From: Lytechinus pictus
Lineage: Eukaryota
Assembly (NCBI RefSeq): GCF_037042905.1
Contig: NC_087258.1
Location: 22,940,001-23,004,000, forward strand
Direction: 5' to 3'
Length of the DNA: 64,000 nucleotides
Below the pieces are notes generated by a model that made no database searches, had not been told where the DNA came from, and worked only from the letters and a program-made list of their open reading frames with translations. Positions 1-13,000 of this stretch are shown in pieces (the first letter of the stretch is position 1; every line of letters begins with the position of its first letter). The position numbers and the translations under genes were made by a program.

Positions 1-340
1 AGAAAGATCAATATGAGAGTGAACATAATCTTGACATCCTCAGGAGCCAGCACCCTTCTTTTAATTCCAATAACCCCAGGAGAATTAAGTAGATCTTATC
101 GGGAGGAGAAGTGTCACCTGCAATTTGAGTGCATCTGCCCAGCGCGTCACTCTGGTAAATGTTTTAAATGTATTTCACCTCGCGTGGGAGGGGGTATTTT
201 ATCATATTTAATGTTCCTATCGCCGAGCTACATCAAGCGTACGTTAATCGCTAACCTTTGTGTTACCCGGGCTCTGGTCTGGCTCTGTTGACGGAATCGC
301 GAAGACGACGATGATGCAGATATAAAAAATGATTGTCTCT

Positions 341-694
341 TGGGTCACACTGGTAATTCCGAATGTTCATTAATCCGAAAACGAAAAAGGGTTCGTTAAT
401 CCGAACATTTGTGGCGTTTTTTCGAAGGTTCGTTAGTCCGTTAGTTTCGGACTAACGAACCTTCGGATTAACGAATTTTATTTCGTTTTCGGACTAACGA
501 ACATTCGGATTAACGAACCTTATTTCGTTTTCGGACTAACGGACCTCCGGATTAACGAACCTTATTTCATTTTCGGACTAACGAACCTTATTTCGATTTC
601 GGACTAACAAACCTTCGGAGTAACGAACCTTATTTCGTTTTCGGATTAACGAACCTTCGGAATTACGAACCTTCGGAATTACGAATGTAATCCG
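341..694. mobile_element. Foldback MITE with internal TTCGGA(C/T)TAACGAACC subrepeats
   Basis: Imperfect TIR (gggtcacactggtaattccgaa / ttcggaattacgaatgtaatcc); flanking direct repeat TCTCT. Confidence 0.75.
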
Positions 695-1417
695 TCTCTA
701 TAGGTATAGAAGAAATCACACCTCCTCTATTGCAACTGGATATTCAAATTAAGTGTCGGGAGGGGGGGGGTAGGTGATTTCCCAGTGCCCCAGAATCAAC
801 GTAGCCCTTCTCTGTTCCTTCTCATTCTAAACGGATTTTGTTTCTTACATTTACCCATTTTTCACCATAAAATAACTAGTTACACATGTCTTTAAACACG
901 TTGGACAATACCAAAATGAATTTCCAGTTGAACGAACCAAAAGAATTGAATTGAAAATTTAATGGCATGATGCAAAGGCCCTTGAAATCGCAAAAAGTAT
1001 TTTATTTAGTCACAGTATTTTTGTTAACAAGAAAGAAAAAAAAACACCTGAAAACAAGTATTTTTAGAGTGACCAATGTATTAACCAATTCTACTTAAAA
1101 TTAATGATGTCCCACAGAGTTTTCTCATTACTCCAGGCATGCAACTCTAATGGTTTCGGAAATCACGATGACTGAATTTCTATGAATAATGAAATGTCGG
1201 TTTAAAAATTAATACAGTAGACGATTTTGGCTTCCCAAGAAACACATATAAATGTAAACTATTTATAAACATGTCAATAATTATGAAGACATGTCCGATG
1301 AATCAACTTTACGTCATCCGCGCTCAGTCTTTTTTTTTGCAAAATATTAAGCAATCAACTATACTGCCTGGATTCCAAAAAGGTAGAATACTTGTATAAA
1401 ATCAATGGTATGCATGC

Positions 1418-1630
1418 TTTGTTTGTTTGTTTATTTATTTTCCGATTATTAAAAAACACAATCCATAAATATATATAACATAAATAATTAACACAAATGG
1501 CATCAATAGAAATAAACAAAATGAATTGCAAATATGTTGAATAGATAAAATAAATAAAATAATCGAAAGGATTGCCCATTTCAGAGTTATTGACATAAAT
1601 TACTCTGTTCTTCCATGGGGTCCATAAAAA
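1418..1630 (-). mobile_element. LINE (CR1/L2-type) 3' UTR and tail fragment
   Basis: ggaccccatggaagaacag...ctgaaatgggc stem followed by an (AAAC/AAAT)n tail; resembles the tail at 60580-60700. Confidence 0.45.
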
Positions 1631-2944
1631 TATTAAAATAGTTTACATTGCAATACAAGGGAAATTTGGTATTGCAAAAAAAAATGGGAAAGAAAAAAAA
1701 AATATATAATATATGTATAACTGAATGTATCAATTAACATCCCCCATCCACAATACAATTTTGACGAGAAAAATATAAATAATATTATTCTTTCCGTATT
1801 CTTTCCGGGATATAGCCTATAGGAGGCAGGAATATACTCAATATTTGAGGAATATGAGCGAATCCACCAAGAAAGAACTTTGAACTTTGAACTGACTGAC
1901 TGATTGATTGAGATTCAATGACGCTACACAACTAACAAAACCCCCTAAAATCGCTCTCGATATTAATCTGTAAGGTTATATCAAATTGTAGGATTTGTTA
2001 TTTTAATGTTATTTATTATTATCTATGGCTTGAATTGCAAAGTAAATGAAGTAAATAAGACATATTAGCTACTCCACCTGGAAAACCTCCCCACTATACT
2101 TATTTCTGCTAATAAAACGTCGATAGGAAAGATATGTCTTTTTTTAATGAAATAAATGAACGGAAAATGTGGAAAATGTATATAAAAAAAGTCTCATTAC
2201 ATTTGAGGGTCGTAAATACTGCACTGCATAATATGACATCACTTGAATATCACTCGAACCTACTGAACAAAGTCGTTTTTTATTACGAGTAAACGATTAT
2301 TGCCCAACATTGCTTTTTTTGCACACTGACTCAAATTATGTCTTTGAATAACAGGTTATTGGAATAAGGTCGTCGATATTATCCATAATCATATTTTAAA
2401 TTTGATTAATAAGCTTCAGAAGATACTGTAATTCCCCCCGAATTATCACGAATGCTATAGGAAATTGTATCCATTATATTATTTACCTTTAGCAAGATAT
2501 AGGCTGAGTTTGCTTTGTTGCAAAAATATCAAATAAAATGTATTTGAGTTTTTTCCCCCTTCAATATAATTTGCTAAGCTGCTCATATTAGTTACGCTTG
2601 TAGACATCTAAAAAATAAATGCTTTCCTTGATGTAGTTTAGCTGCCCAATCTCCCACGCTCAAGCTAACACGGTTTCAGAACGATATACCGATAATATCC
2701 AAATAGAAAGTTCTTGACATTAAGCGTATACTATGCTCACTTTATGTAAGCAAAAGCAATATAGAAAGCTTATAAGCAATTTTGATAACTGTGTAAAGGG
2801 ACTTCTCACTACTTAATTCGTGAAAAATGAATGAAAATAAAAATAATATTATGGACATTTGCAATGTGCCGGTATCCATCATAAAAGATGGTCATGGCGC
2901 AGAAAAGAAAGAAGAGAAGCAGAAAAGGGGAAAAATAATAATTA

Positions 2945-3245
2945 CTTAAAAGCTTGAGTGAATAACCAGGTTATGTGAATTTTTGAAAGTGGTGAGACAA
3001 GAAATATCGCGGATGTCTTTTGGAAGTTTATTCCATAAGAATGGCAAAGCGTGATGGAATGATTGACCCCCCATGAATTATGAGATTGCGTTACAGCAAC
3101 TAATGATAAGCTAGCCGACCATATAGGTAGGTTACGAGAGGAATTGTAAGGAGTTATAATCAGGTTCAGTTCCTAGTAATTATTGAAAAACTAGTAAGAG
3201 CAATTCAAAAACTCTGCGATATACAACCGGTAACCAGTGCGGAGA
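2945..3245 (-). mobile_element. Degenerate L2-clade LINE ORF2 C-terminal fragment
   Basis: HWLPVVYRRVFELLLLVF ... LWNKLPKDIRDISCLTTFK with stops. Confidence 0.75.
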
Positions 3246-3293
3246 TATGAATATAAATTGTTTAATTAGTTTGTTCACCCTGGCTCTTGGCTG

Positions 3294-3812
3294 CACTGTA
3301 AAAAAATGTGCTGATAAAACTAACACAAGGGGCTCGTACAAAGCTTAGCAATGATCGTAGAACATTTTTCTAAGATTGATTGCATTGACTACAATGTACA
3401 ATCAATCGTGAAAATCAAGCGTACGATTAATCTCTAACCTTTGTGTTACTTGACCCAGTTGGTGTCCCTATAAGGAACACATCCTGAGGTGTTAAAATTA
3501 CACCATAGCGATTGAACATAGCACCGAAGAATGTTAGAGTGCACTGTAAGAATGCGGTTTTAAAAATGACACCAGTAATGACGGTGTCCCCAGAAGACCA
3601 CACCCTGCATGAGGTGTTAAGATTAAACCGTAGATTGAGCATAACACCAAAGAGTGTAAAAATAACAATAAAATGTGTCGTTATAACACCCATAGGTGTC
3701 GAACCAACACTGTACCGGAGTAAAATATATGGTGTGGACCTCTATAAGCGCACCAATCAACACCGTAGTCTTTGCTGTGTGAAGAGAGTCAAGAGACTAG
3801 ATTTAACACCAC
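3294..3812. mobile_element. CACTGTAAAAA-ended (CMC/CACTA-like) MITE with AACACC/GGTGTT subrepeats and a nested palindromic MITE (about 3329-3450); relatives at about 9600-9810 and 61141-61373
   Basis: Shared sequence between copies; CACTG terminus. Confidence 0.6.
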
Positions 3813-4316
3813 TGGGAATTGGGAGTAAGAGGGAGGGAGATAGAGGAAATTCAATATTGCATGATTTTCTTAGCCGACCCCGGATGCTATATCGGGTTGA
3901 CCTGAGGAAACAGGTGTAATTCTCAAATCCTGGATCCGTAGACATATCATCACCATCGATGTGACACGTCTATCTCAAATATCAAAACGGATATGAAGAG
4001 GAACCGTTTGAAAAGAAATATTAGCAATCGAGGGATCGTGGAGTGTTCGACACCGTCTCATGTTTAGTTTTTACTAGGGGCCGTTCCAACCATAAGGGAG
4101 TTCTTGCACTGCGTCGTAGAACGCTTTCAAGAACATTAGAATGAACAGCTGGGTGGTCTTTGTCGAAAATTGGTGAACCTAATAAGTTGAAAGTCAATTT
4201 GCGCTTCATTTTGGCTGTATTTTAATTGAAACCCTGTCTGTTTGGTAACGATTTCAATTATTTTGACTCCATGACTTTATAAGACATACATTTTTGAAAG
4301 ACTCCCTTTTTTCGGT

Positions 4317-4700
4317 ATATTGCCAGTTCGTCCACTGCCAACTCGTCCACCCAGCACATGGTCTACTTTCATTTAGTCTAAAGCCATTCCGTCCATCAAC
4401 ATTTCCTCTATTTACTTGGTCTTATCACCAATTCTTCTGTGACAATTTCGTCTCATAACCAGTTGGTCTAATATTCGTTTTATTTTCATTCATTTTGCCC
4501 AATTAACACTAAGTCTAATTAGACCAAATGGTATATGGACTAGCTGGATATTGGACCAACCGGTTACAGTGTATTAGACGAAATGGTGAGTGGAAAAAAT
4601 GGCAATTATACCATGTGGATATTGGACGTACATGGTAGACCAAATAATGTACGAGTTGGCAATTGGACGAATTGGCATTGGACCAATTGAAAATAAACCT
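4317..4700. mobile_element. Foldback MITE with GTCCA/TGGAC-type subrepeats
   Basis: Left half (ttgccagttcgtccactgccaactcgtcca) is the inverted complement of the right half (gagttggcaattggacgaattggca). Confidence 0.65.
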
Positions 4701-5281
4701 TTTTTTCATGCGGAGTACCGGGGGGGGGGGGGGCCGGTTAACAGAAACATATACCAATAAACAGGTTATAACAACGATAACGAATAACAGGGCCAGATCC
4801 AGGATTTTAGGGGGGGGGGTGGAAAGTGGCCGGCTACCTTCACATTATTTTACATGCCCCTTTCCATAAAAATACTGTTTGAAATTTCATTTGGCATATC
4901 AATTTGAAGATAATGCATTGAAGATTAAAAATGCACCAAAAAAAAGCGTTTTAAAGATTTTCTGATTTACTGTTGAATAATATGGGAACCTATTGATAAG
5001 ATTGAACGTGCAGAGTAAAACAAAAGTCAAATATGCTTTTTAAAGGACAGGATTATGAAGATTTTTGAAAAGCTGAGCATAGGCCGAGAGCCGTATCAGG
5101 CTTGCCCTGTCAGGGTTAACGGAATACGTGTATTGCTGGCAAGCTAGCATGACTATACTTTTAAGACTGACTGTATGCTGTAATTGGAATAAATCAAGCA
5201 AAGTTTGATTGGGCATAAAACGGAAACACGGTTTCAGAACGATACGGATAATATCCAAATATAGAAAATTCCTGACATTAA

Positions 5282-5955
5282 AGGACAAGTCCACCCCATA
5301 AAAAGTTGATTTAAATAAGAAGAGAAAATCCAGCAAGCATAACATTGAAAATTTCATCAAAATTGGATATAAAATAAGAAAGTTATGACATTTTAAAGTT
5401 TCGCTTAATTTCACAAAACAGTTATATGCACATCCTGGTCGGTATGCAAATGAGGAGACTGATGACGTCATCCACTCACTATTTATTTTGAATTTTATTG
5501 TATCAAATATGAAATATTGTCAATATCCAAGTCCTTTGGAAGCGCATAGAGACATTATTCATAATGTGATATGCGCTATACAAGAACTGTTTATTATTAT
5601 TATTATTTATTAAGTGAAATAACGATTAATTCCTCCCTGAACATGTGGAATTAGCATTGTTTAATAGTATTTGGTTCAGTCAAGTTGGTCCTTATTGTCA
5701 AATATTTAAAAAATAAAATATTGTATAATTCAAACAATAAAAAACAAAATAAATAGTGAGTGAAGGACATCATTGACTGTCTTGTTTGCATGTCACCGAA
5801 TTGTGCACATCACTTTTTTGTAAAAAATAAGCGAAACTTTAAAATGTCATAAATTTCTTATTTTACATCCGATTTTGATGAAGTTTTCGGCGTTTTGCTA
5901 GTTTGATTTTTTTCTTCTATTTATTCAAATCAACATTTTCTGGGGTGGACTTGAC
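5282..5955. mobile_element. Kolobok-like non-autonomous DNA transposon, right end clipped; contains an L2-type tail at about 5523-5610
   Basis: TTAA|AGGACAAGTCCACCCC ... GGGGTGGACTTGAC; aligns with the copy at 12168-12728. Confidence 0.8.
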
Positions 5956-6419
5956 TATGCTCACTTTATTGATATGTAAGCAATATAGAAAGTTTAAGCG
6001 ATAGTTAAGCAAAGTGAAAAAGTTTTAATATCAAAACGCAGTAATGCAGTCACCAGAGTTTCAAAGTTTTAACAGTGACCAAGTTTATTCTTCTTCCAAA
6101 TGTCAAAATAAGCAGCATCATGGAAGATTATTTATCGAGAGGAAAAAGGTATCTTATAATAAAGAAGGTTTTGGAAACATGTGTAGATATATGTTTTAAC
6201 CATCTTAAATTTATTACGAATGTTTGACATTGCCACGTAGATTTTCTGATAAGTGATGACTGTATAATTGGACCCCATATTATGAAATCAAAGCACTGCA
6301 CCATCCTTCATGTAAATGTGTGTTGAAATGCTGATTTCAATTATGAAACATACAGATTGTGAAGTTTTTGTCTAAAAGAATAAAAAAAATCACCGGAGGC
6401 CATTAACCCATGTACGAAC

Positions 6420-6638
6420 AATGACCTCAACACCATTTATATACAATTCTCAGCAATTATGTTTTTTTTTACTCTGAATTGTCTTAAAAATACAAATTAG
6501 CATTCAAAGTTTTTTTTAAAGACTTGAATGAAAAATGATCTCAACACCATTTATATACAATTCTCAGCAATTGTGTTTTTTAAACTCTGAATTGTAATAA
6601 AATAGAAATTAGCATTCAAAGTTTTTTAAGACTTGAAT
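6420..6638. repeat. Two-unit tandem duplication (about 115 bp)
   Basis: aatga(c/t)ctcaacaccatttatatacaattctcagcaatt...aagacttgaat occurs twice. Confidence 0.85.
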
Positions 6639-6699
6639 ACCTATTATTTACTTATTTATCAATCTATCAATTCATCTATAACCATGATTAATAGACAAT

Positions 6700-7047
6700 T
6701 AGATAATGATAATAATAATAATAATGATAATAATAATAATAATAATAACAATAATAATAATAATGATAATAATAGCGGTATATTTACCCAGGGTAGCCAC
6801 TTCAGTTCCGAAAACTGTTCTCCCAGCGGGCCCTGCTATTATGGCCCCGGCTTTAGCTGGGCTGCCTAGGTGTTCAAGCATTCAAGGAATTAATCCTGCC
6901 GGGTACGCATTCATCTCACCTGGGTTGAGTGCAGTACAGTGTGGATAAATTTCTTGCTGAAGGAAAACACGCCATGGCTAGGATTCGAACCAACGACCCT
7001 CTGTTTGAATGGCAAGAGTCAGAACCACTAGACCACGACGCGCCCAC
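6700..7047 (-). mobile_element. tRNA-derived SINE (CORE-like central domain) with (ATT)n tail
   Basis: A box GTGGTCTAGTGG, B box GGTTCGAATCC, central CAACCCAGGTGAG..AATG.GTACC. Copies at 48027-48340, 49095-49265, 50193-50370, 32050-32520. Confidence 0.88.
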
Positions 7048-7710
7048 AGATAATGCACATTCAGCCCAAAAATATGAACTAAATAGAAAATGAAAACGGA
7101 TGAATAAATGAATAGATAAACAAAAAAAGAATTTATCTGATACATGATTTAAATATCAATTAATGATTTCAGCTTTGAGTATGATTCAGACGACAAATTT
7201 GGAGACGTATCTCAGTATGAAAAACTTAGATTTTGACATGTTTGAAGTACGCTAAATCTGTTTTCAATTTGTGAAATTCGCCCAAAGAGAAAAACACCCG
7301 AGAGCAACTGCATTTTCAAAAGATTTAAGATGCTTGTATTGGCCGAGGTGTTCTGAGTATATAGGCCTAATTAATAAATTGGCACCTCTTATACAATCTT
7401 ACCTCTCAAATGGATTACAGATGTTTCCCGTAATTTGGTGGAAATCATCTTGCACAAAATTCAAGAAGCATTTCAACGTGGTCTGCATTGGCAAATTTCC
7501 GTCCTAGAGAAGCGATTTCTGGAATATATTATCTCGTTATGAATTCCATTTATTTTTTAACTAAATAAATAGGATGGAGAAGAAGAAAAAGATATATCTT
7601 TCGCTTAAGTCAAAGGGTCAACATTCAAGTATCATCTAACATTCTGGCGTACAACTGTGTAGTGTAATGACCATTGATTTTTTCCCCCAACTGTTCCGCC
7701 TGATTCTTTG

Positions 7711-7882
7711 CACTCTAAAAAAAGGTTTACCCAATATTGGGTAAAATGGGAACAATGTTGCGTTGGAATTACTCTTCAAACATGCATTTTGACCCATATT
7801 GAGGGGAAAAATTACCCAGCAATCGTGCATCTTCCATTTCTACCCAATATTGGGTAAATTTGTACTCTCTGTTTTTAGAGTG
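7711..7882. mobile_element. CACTCT...AGAGTG MITE (CMC/CACTA-like)
   Basis: TIR CACTCTAAAAA; 2-bp flanking repeat TG; internal palindromes TACCCAATATTGGGTA. Confidence 0.65.
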
Positions 7883-8929
7883 TGTGAAAATGTGAATATA
7901 CATCTTTAATTGTTATATTTTTAGCGCCCTCTCTCGCAAATTTTTTCTATTTTTCTTTAAAAAATCATTCAGGCCAACTAGTACTTTTTAATGTCAGTGA
8001 CCTGGTATCAGATAGCTCCAGACAAAGATTTTGACTTAAAATCTTTAACTTGATCCATGCTAGGCCGATAAAGAACGCATGTTTGAGAAAAGGTTTTATA
8101 CATAATGAACAAAAACACACGCAGATATTTTAATTCAAATTGGACACCTGATAACTTGTTTAAAATGTAAAATTGCTGAATTTATCAAATGAAATACATT
8201 TTCTCCACATAATATTGTTTTACGGCTAACACATTCATATAATAATTGATTGGTAAAGTAAAATGCAATTTGGGTGGATTTACCAAAAATCAATTTACCA
8301 AAAATCAAAATAAGGACATTAATTTTGCATGAAAGCAACTTCAAAATACTTTAACATTTTCGATTTTTTTTATTATTCTGCATCAAAATTTGATCGATGA
8401 TATTCTCTTTAAATGATAAAATTAATAGTAAAAGGTGGGACAAGGGACTGGATCTAAAACTATCTGGCATGCATCATGTTAAGAAAGGAAATCAAAATGT
8501 TAAGAAGATGTCTTAAACTAGAGTAATCGAGGTTTGTGGTTTGTATTAAGGTTCATGAGAAGTGTTTTAGGTTAATAACATTACATGGTCGAAAACGGGC
8601 GAGAGGAGGGGAAGTCACGTTTCCTGTCTGTGGAGGGTAAACCATCATGATTCGTCCTGTCAGTAATATTTATTGATGAACATGAACTTAGCCAATCAGA
8701 TGATCGGATTTCAGTAGCTTACAACAGTTGTCAGTGAAAAATCAGTGATAAATTGGATCGTGAAACGCTCCCCTTAATGTCACATCATGGTATAATAAAA
8801 ATAGTTTTCTAAGTAGAGTTATACATGATGATTATGATGTCACGTGACATCTTAATATGGACATGATGGAGGGAGTGTATAATGAGGGTCTGTGACACCG
8901 GAATCGGGACACCGTCAGAGAAACTTTAG

Positions 8930-9365
8930 AGGGGAATGTTTCATGAAGTATCTTGACAGTAATTTCCAAAGACAAATTTGCTCTGAGCCAATCAGATGCA
9001 AGGATTTCAGTGGCTTATAACAGGAAGTCAGAGCACCCTCCTCACTGCCTCCATGCTGGTAGCCCCATTGCTGCAGGGAGTTGCTTCTAGGAGTGATTCT
9101 TGAAGCAACTTGAAAGTGGTTTTCAAAGACAAATTTGCTCTGAGCCAATCAGATGCAAGGATTTCAGTGGCTTATAACAAGAAGTCAGAATACCCTCCTC
9201 ACTGCCTCCATGCTGGTAGTCCCATTGTTGCAGGGAGTTGCTTCTAGGAGTGTTTTTTTAAAGCATCTTGACAGTGATTTTCACCTACAAATTTGCTCTG
9301 AGCCAATAAGATGCAAGGATTACAGTAGCTTATAAAATATAGTCCGTGATTTTTTTTTCATGAAC
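8930..9365. repeat. MITE-derived 157-bp tandem repeat (about 2.5 units) carrying CCAAT motifs
   Basis: acaaatttgctctgagccaat.agatgcaaggatt recurs three times; ends gtttcatgaa / ttcatgaac. Confidence 0.8.
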
Positions 9366-9915
9366 TACTGTACCCCCAAAAGTTAATCTGAGTGCAATCT
9401 ATTTATGTATTTCTTGAAATGATGCCTAATGTTTATTTTTTTTAATTTAATTTTTTTTAGTGTCATACTTGAAAGGCGATCACGGGTGCGAGGAAGCCTG
9501 GGGGTGCATATAGTTTGGAATTCGTATAGCCCCCTTTGAAGAGAAAATCTCATAAAAGCGCCGCGCATGCGCAACAAAAGCTGTTTTTATTTTTGTACAA
9601 ATAGGACCACATCAGCGATTTTTCCGGTGTTAAATTTTTGGTGTTATAATTCAACACCTATTAATATCTGTGCTTGGAACTTTTACACTCTTTGGTGTTG
9701 TGCTAAATCTCTAGGGTGTATTTTTAACACATTAAGGTGTTGTCATCTCGGGACCCTAATTGTTGTCAGTTTTATTAAAACGTACCCAGTTGTTGAAGTT
9801 TGGTGTCACATTTTATTTTATCATTATTTTCATGCTCTTATTTACAATATCAAAAATATTTCATTTTGTTTCGTTCTCTATTTTTGAATAATAAATTGTA
9901 TTTTCTTTTCTTCAG

Positions 9916-10082
9916 CAGTTTGTGAGAACCATTCGATGACCCTAAAGAGCCTCCCTCGTGATTGCTCGGAAGTTTTGTTGTCAGGGGCAACGGGAAGCGG
10001 TCGTTACATCATCTACCCACAAGATAACGGGGATCCATTCTATGCGTACTGTGATACGGAGACTGATGGAGGAGGATGGACG
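9916..10082 (+). CDS. FReD gene exon (VCENHSMTLKSLPRDC...DGGGWT)
   Basis: Pyrimidine tract plus CAGCAG acceptor; donor ACG|gtaag; FBG N-terminal motifs. Confidence 0.85.
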
Positions 10083-12075
10083 GTAAGATAGAGGACAGAT
10101 AGATAGAAAGATAGATAGATATAATAGATAATGAGATAGATAGATAGATAGAAAGATAGGTAGGTAGATAGATAGATAGATAAATATATAGCCAGATAGA
10201 TAGATGGATGGGGAGATAAATATATTGAGATAAAGAATGATAGACGAACGGATATATACATGGATAGAAATAGAATAAAAGAAAAAAGATTAGATGGATG
10301 TATGGATAGAAAGGTAGATTGATACATGAATAGAATGATAGAGATAATTTACAAAAAATAATGAATTTATATGGATAGATCATAGAAGTGGATCAGTCTC
10401 TTACGGAGAGATCAAGATATTGAAAGAGGGGATGATGGATGACAACAAATAGAAAGAAAGAGGGTGAGGGGAAGAGAGAGAGAGAGAGAGAGGGATTTAG
10501 AGGGGTGGAGGGAGACCCCGAGAGAGAGAGAAGGATCGATAAAGAGATAAAAAGAGGGAAAAGGAGAAGAAGAAAAAGATGTATAAAAAAGAAGAAAATT
10601 ATTAAAGAAAACTTACATATTCCTTTCTTTACTTCTACATTCCAAGGTGATTCAAAACCGCGAGGACGGAAGCGTGAGTTTCTTCCGGGACTGGAACGAC
10701 TACAAGTACGGCTTCGGTAACGTCAACTCCGAGCACTGGCTCGGGAACGATAAGATTCATCGCCTCTCAGCCCAGACCTACTACGTCCTCAGGGTGGAAC
10801 TCGAGGACTTCGAAGGTGACCGGAAGTACGCCGAGTATGATTACTTCCGGATAGGTGACGAGGAGACGGGATATAAGCTCCTACTAGGCACCTACCAAGG
10901 TGATGCAGGTAGGTAGGGAGGAAATGGGGGGGGGGGGGACATGGACCCCCCAAAAAATTAATGGCTAAGAAAAAAAAAAGGAAAGAAAAGGAAAAGGGCT
11001 GCAGTACGATACTATTTTCAGAATATTTATGCCACTAATATCTATAAAAAAAGATTTTTGTGTAAAAAAGTTTAAAAGTTAAAATTTTGCTCGCTCACTT
11101 TGCTCGTTCGCAGCTTTTAAGTTTTCGCTCACACATCATATCAGGCCCGCTTAATTTTTTTTAGTTCATTGCGCTACTGCCGGGAGGGAGACAATGAAGG
11201 GGGTATGGGTGGTGTGCGGGGGAATTCAAAGCCACAATGTAAACTATGTTCTATAACAGAATTCAAATTAGTTTCCTTTTTTATAATCTTTATATGAAAT
11301 CATTAAACAAAGGGAATGTATCACAGATAGAAGTTTCAGAGAGCGTTTTATCAAGATGTCTCCTTGGTTTTATCAACATCGTCAAACACGTTTTCAATTC
11401 GACAACTTTCCTTGATTTTGATTGGTTGAGAAGCAAAGGTGTCTGACTGTTACTATGGTAACTGTTGGATATTAAGACAATCGAAAAGTCATTTCATGAA
11501 AACGCACGATATGTCTACTCTTTACAATAGGATTAGCAGAAGAAAAAATAGAGAGAGGAAGCAGATGAAAAAGGAGGAAAAAGGAGGAAAAAGGAAGAAG
11601 AAATATAGAAAAGGACGATTTGATCATATCAAGGGCTATCTTAGAAATCTTATTTCAGTGTCTATCTGTCTTCGCCTGTTTTTTCTCTACCATATTTGCT
11701 CTTTTCATTCTCGTTACCCTCCCCCCTCTAATTAGTCTCTGGTTTTCTGTTCCCTATTATATCACATGTATTTTTCTTCAATTTGATTCATTCTTTCGTG
11801 TTTTAGAGGACTCGCTCAGTTTCCATGGCAACAAAAGGTTCCACACGCACGACCGGGATTCGGAGCACCAATGCGCCACGAACAGCAAAGGGGCGTGGTG
11901 GTACGGCCAGTGCTTCGAGAGCAACCTGAACGGGGTCTACAAGGGGCGACCTCGCCCTGCCAGCGCCCATAACATCATCTGGTCTGGGTGGAAGGGGTAC
12001 GAGACGGCTCTTAAGAAGGCTCAGATGAAGATCAGACCGGCTTCCTACCACAGCAGTGAGGCAACGGACGGTTAA
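9916..12075 (+). CDS. Fibrinogen-related domain (FReD; ficolin/tenascin/angiopoietin-like) protein, 3' part of gene; exons 9916-10082, 10647-10908, 11807-12075; 5' exon(s) not identified
   Basis: Spliced translation has FBG-domain motifs PRDC, AYCDTETDGGGWT|VIQNREDGSVSFFRDWNDYKYGFG, EHWLGNDKIH, GAWWYGQCFESNLNG, IIWSGWKG, QMKIRP. Introns are GT-AG with consistent phases (0, 1). Confidence 0.9.
10084..10385 (+). repeat. (AGAT)n microsatellite / low-complexity tract in FReD intron
   Basis: Read directly from the sequence. Confidence 0.9.
10647..10908 (+). CDS. FReD gene exon (VIQNREDG...YQGDA)
   Basis: ORF 10647-10916; acceptor ccaag|; donor G|gtaggt. Confidence 0.9.
11807..12075 (+). CDS. FReD gene terminal exon (DSLSFHG...EATDG*)
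   Basis: Acceptor ttttag|; stop TAA at 12073-12075 overlaps AATAAA. Confidence 0.9.
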
Positions 12076-12167
12076 TAAAAGGGATGTATTCAGGAAATTA
12101 AAGACTCAAAAGTGTATTAAAGAGCACATGAACCAGTAGCCAAAAGAGCCCCAACGCAAGTGCTTAA

Positions 12168-12728
12168 AGGACAAGTCCGCCCCAACAGAAAGTTGATTTG
12201 AATGAAAAGGGAAATCCAACAAGCATAACGCTGAAAATTTCATCAAAATCGGATGTAAAATAAGAAAGTTATGACATTTTAAAGTTTCGCTTAATTTCAT
12301 AGGTTATATGCACATCCTGTGAGTCGGTATGCAAATGAGACTGATGACATCACCCACTCACTGTTTCTTTTGTATTTTATTGTATGAAATATTCTAATTT
12401 TCTCCTCATTTTCAAGTGAAACAATGATTAATTCTTCCATGAACATGTGGAACTAACATTGTTTAATACTATATGGTTCAGTCAAGTTGGTCCTTATTGT
12501 CATATCTGTAAAATATAAAATATTGTTTAATTCAAACAATAAAAAACAAAAGAAATAGTGAGGGACATCATCGACTGTCTCATTTACATGTCATTGAGTT
12601 GTACATATCACTATTTTGTAAAAAATAAGCGAAACTTTAAACTGTCATAACTTTTTTATTTTACGTTTTGCTAGTTTGATTTGTCTCTATTTATTCAAAT
12701 CAGCAGTTTCCCGGGGTGGACTTGACTT
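12168..12728. mobile_element. Kolobok-like MITE, complete
   Basis: TTAA on both sides; TIR AGGACAAGTCC.CCCC / GGGGTGGACTTGAC. Confidence 0.85.
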
Positions 12729-12814
12729 TTAACTACTCATATCTGGCCAGGTTAATTACCCAAAATGCAACATTCTGACCAGTGTAGTCTTGGAACATAA
12801 GCCCTGTCCCATTG

Positions 12815-13000
12815 AGTTACCGGTTGGCTCAGTGGGTAGAGAATCCATCTGACAACCGGGAAGTCGGTAGTTCAAGCCCACACCGCATTGGACCAAAAAA
12901 GACTTAAATTTAAAAGATGCGAGCTGCTGCCACCCATTCGGCGTTCAACAATTTAACGAATAGAGCGACGTCGATCACAGTGGCTGCCAAGCCCATGGTC
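12815..13000 (+). mobile_element. Degenerate tRNA-derived SINE
   Basis: TTGGCTCAGTGGGTAGAG A box and AGTTCAAGCCC B box. Confidence 0.55.

Noticed and set aside
3815-4210. Coding-like stretch with short ORFs on both strands
   Set aside because: No recognisable motif and stops interrupt the frames I read; it cannot be assigned without a database search.
6120-6148. Possible first coding exon of the FReD gene (ATGGAAGAT...AAAG|gtatct)
   Set aside because: It ends in phase 2 whereas the next exon needs phase 1, and it encodes no signal peptide.
6633-6948. Poly-N / poly-I ORFs (also 10009-10383 and 40136-40465)
   Set aside because: They are translations of microsatellites and SINE tails.
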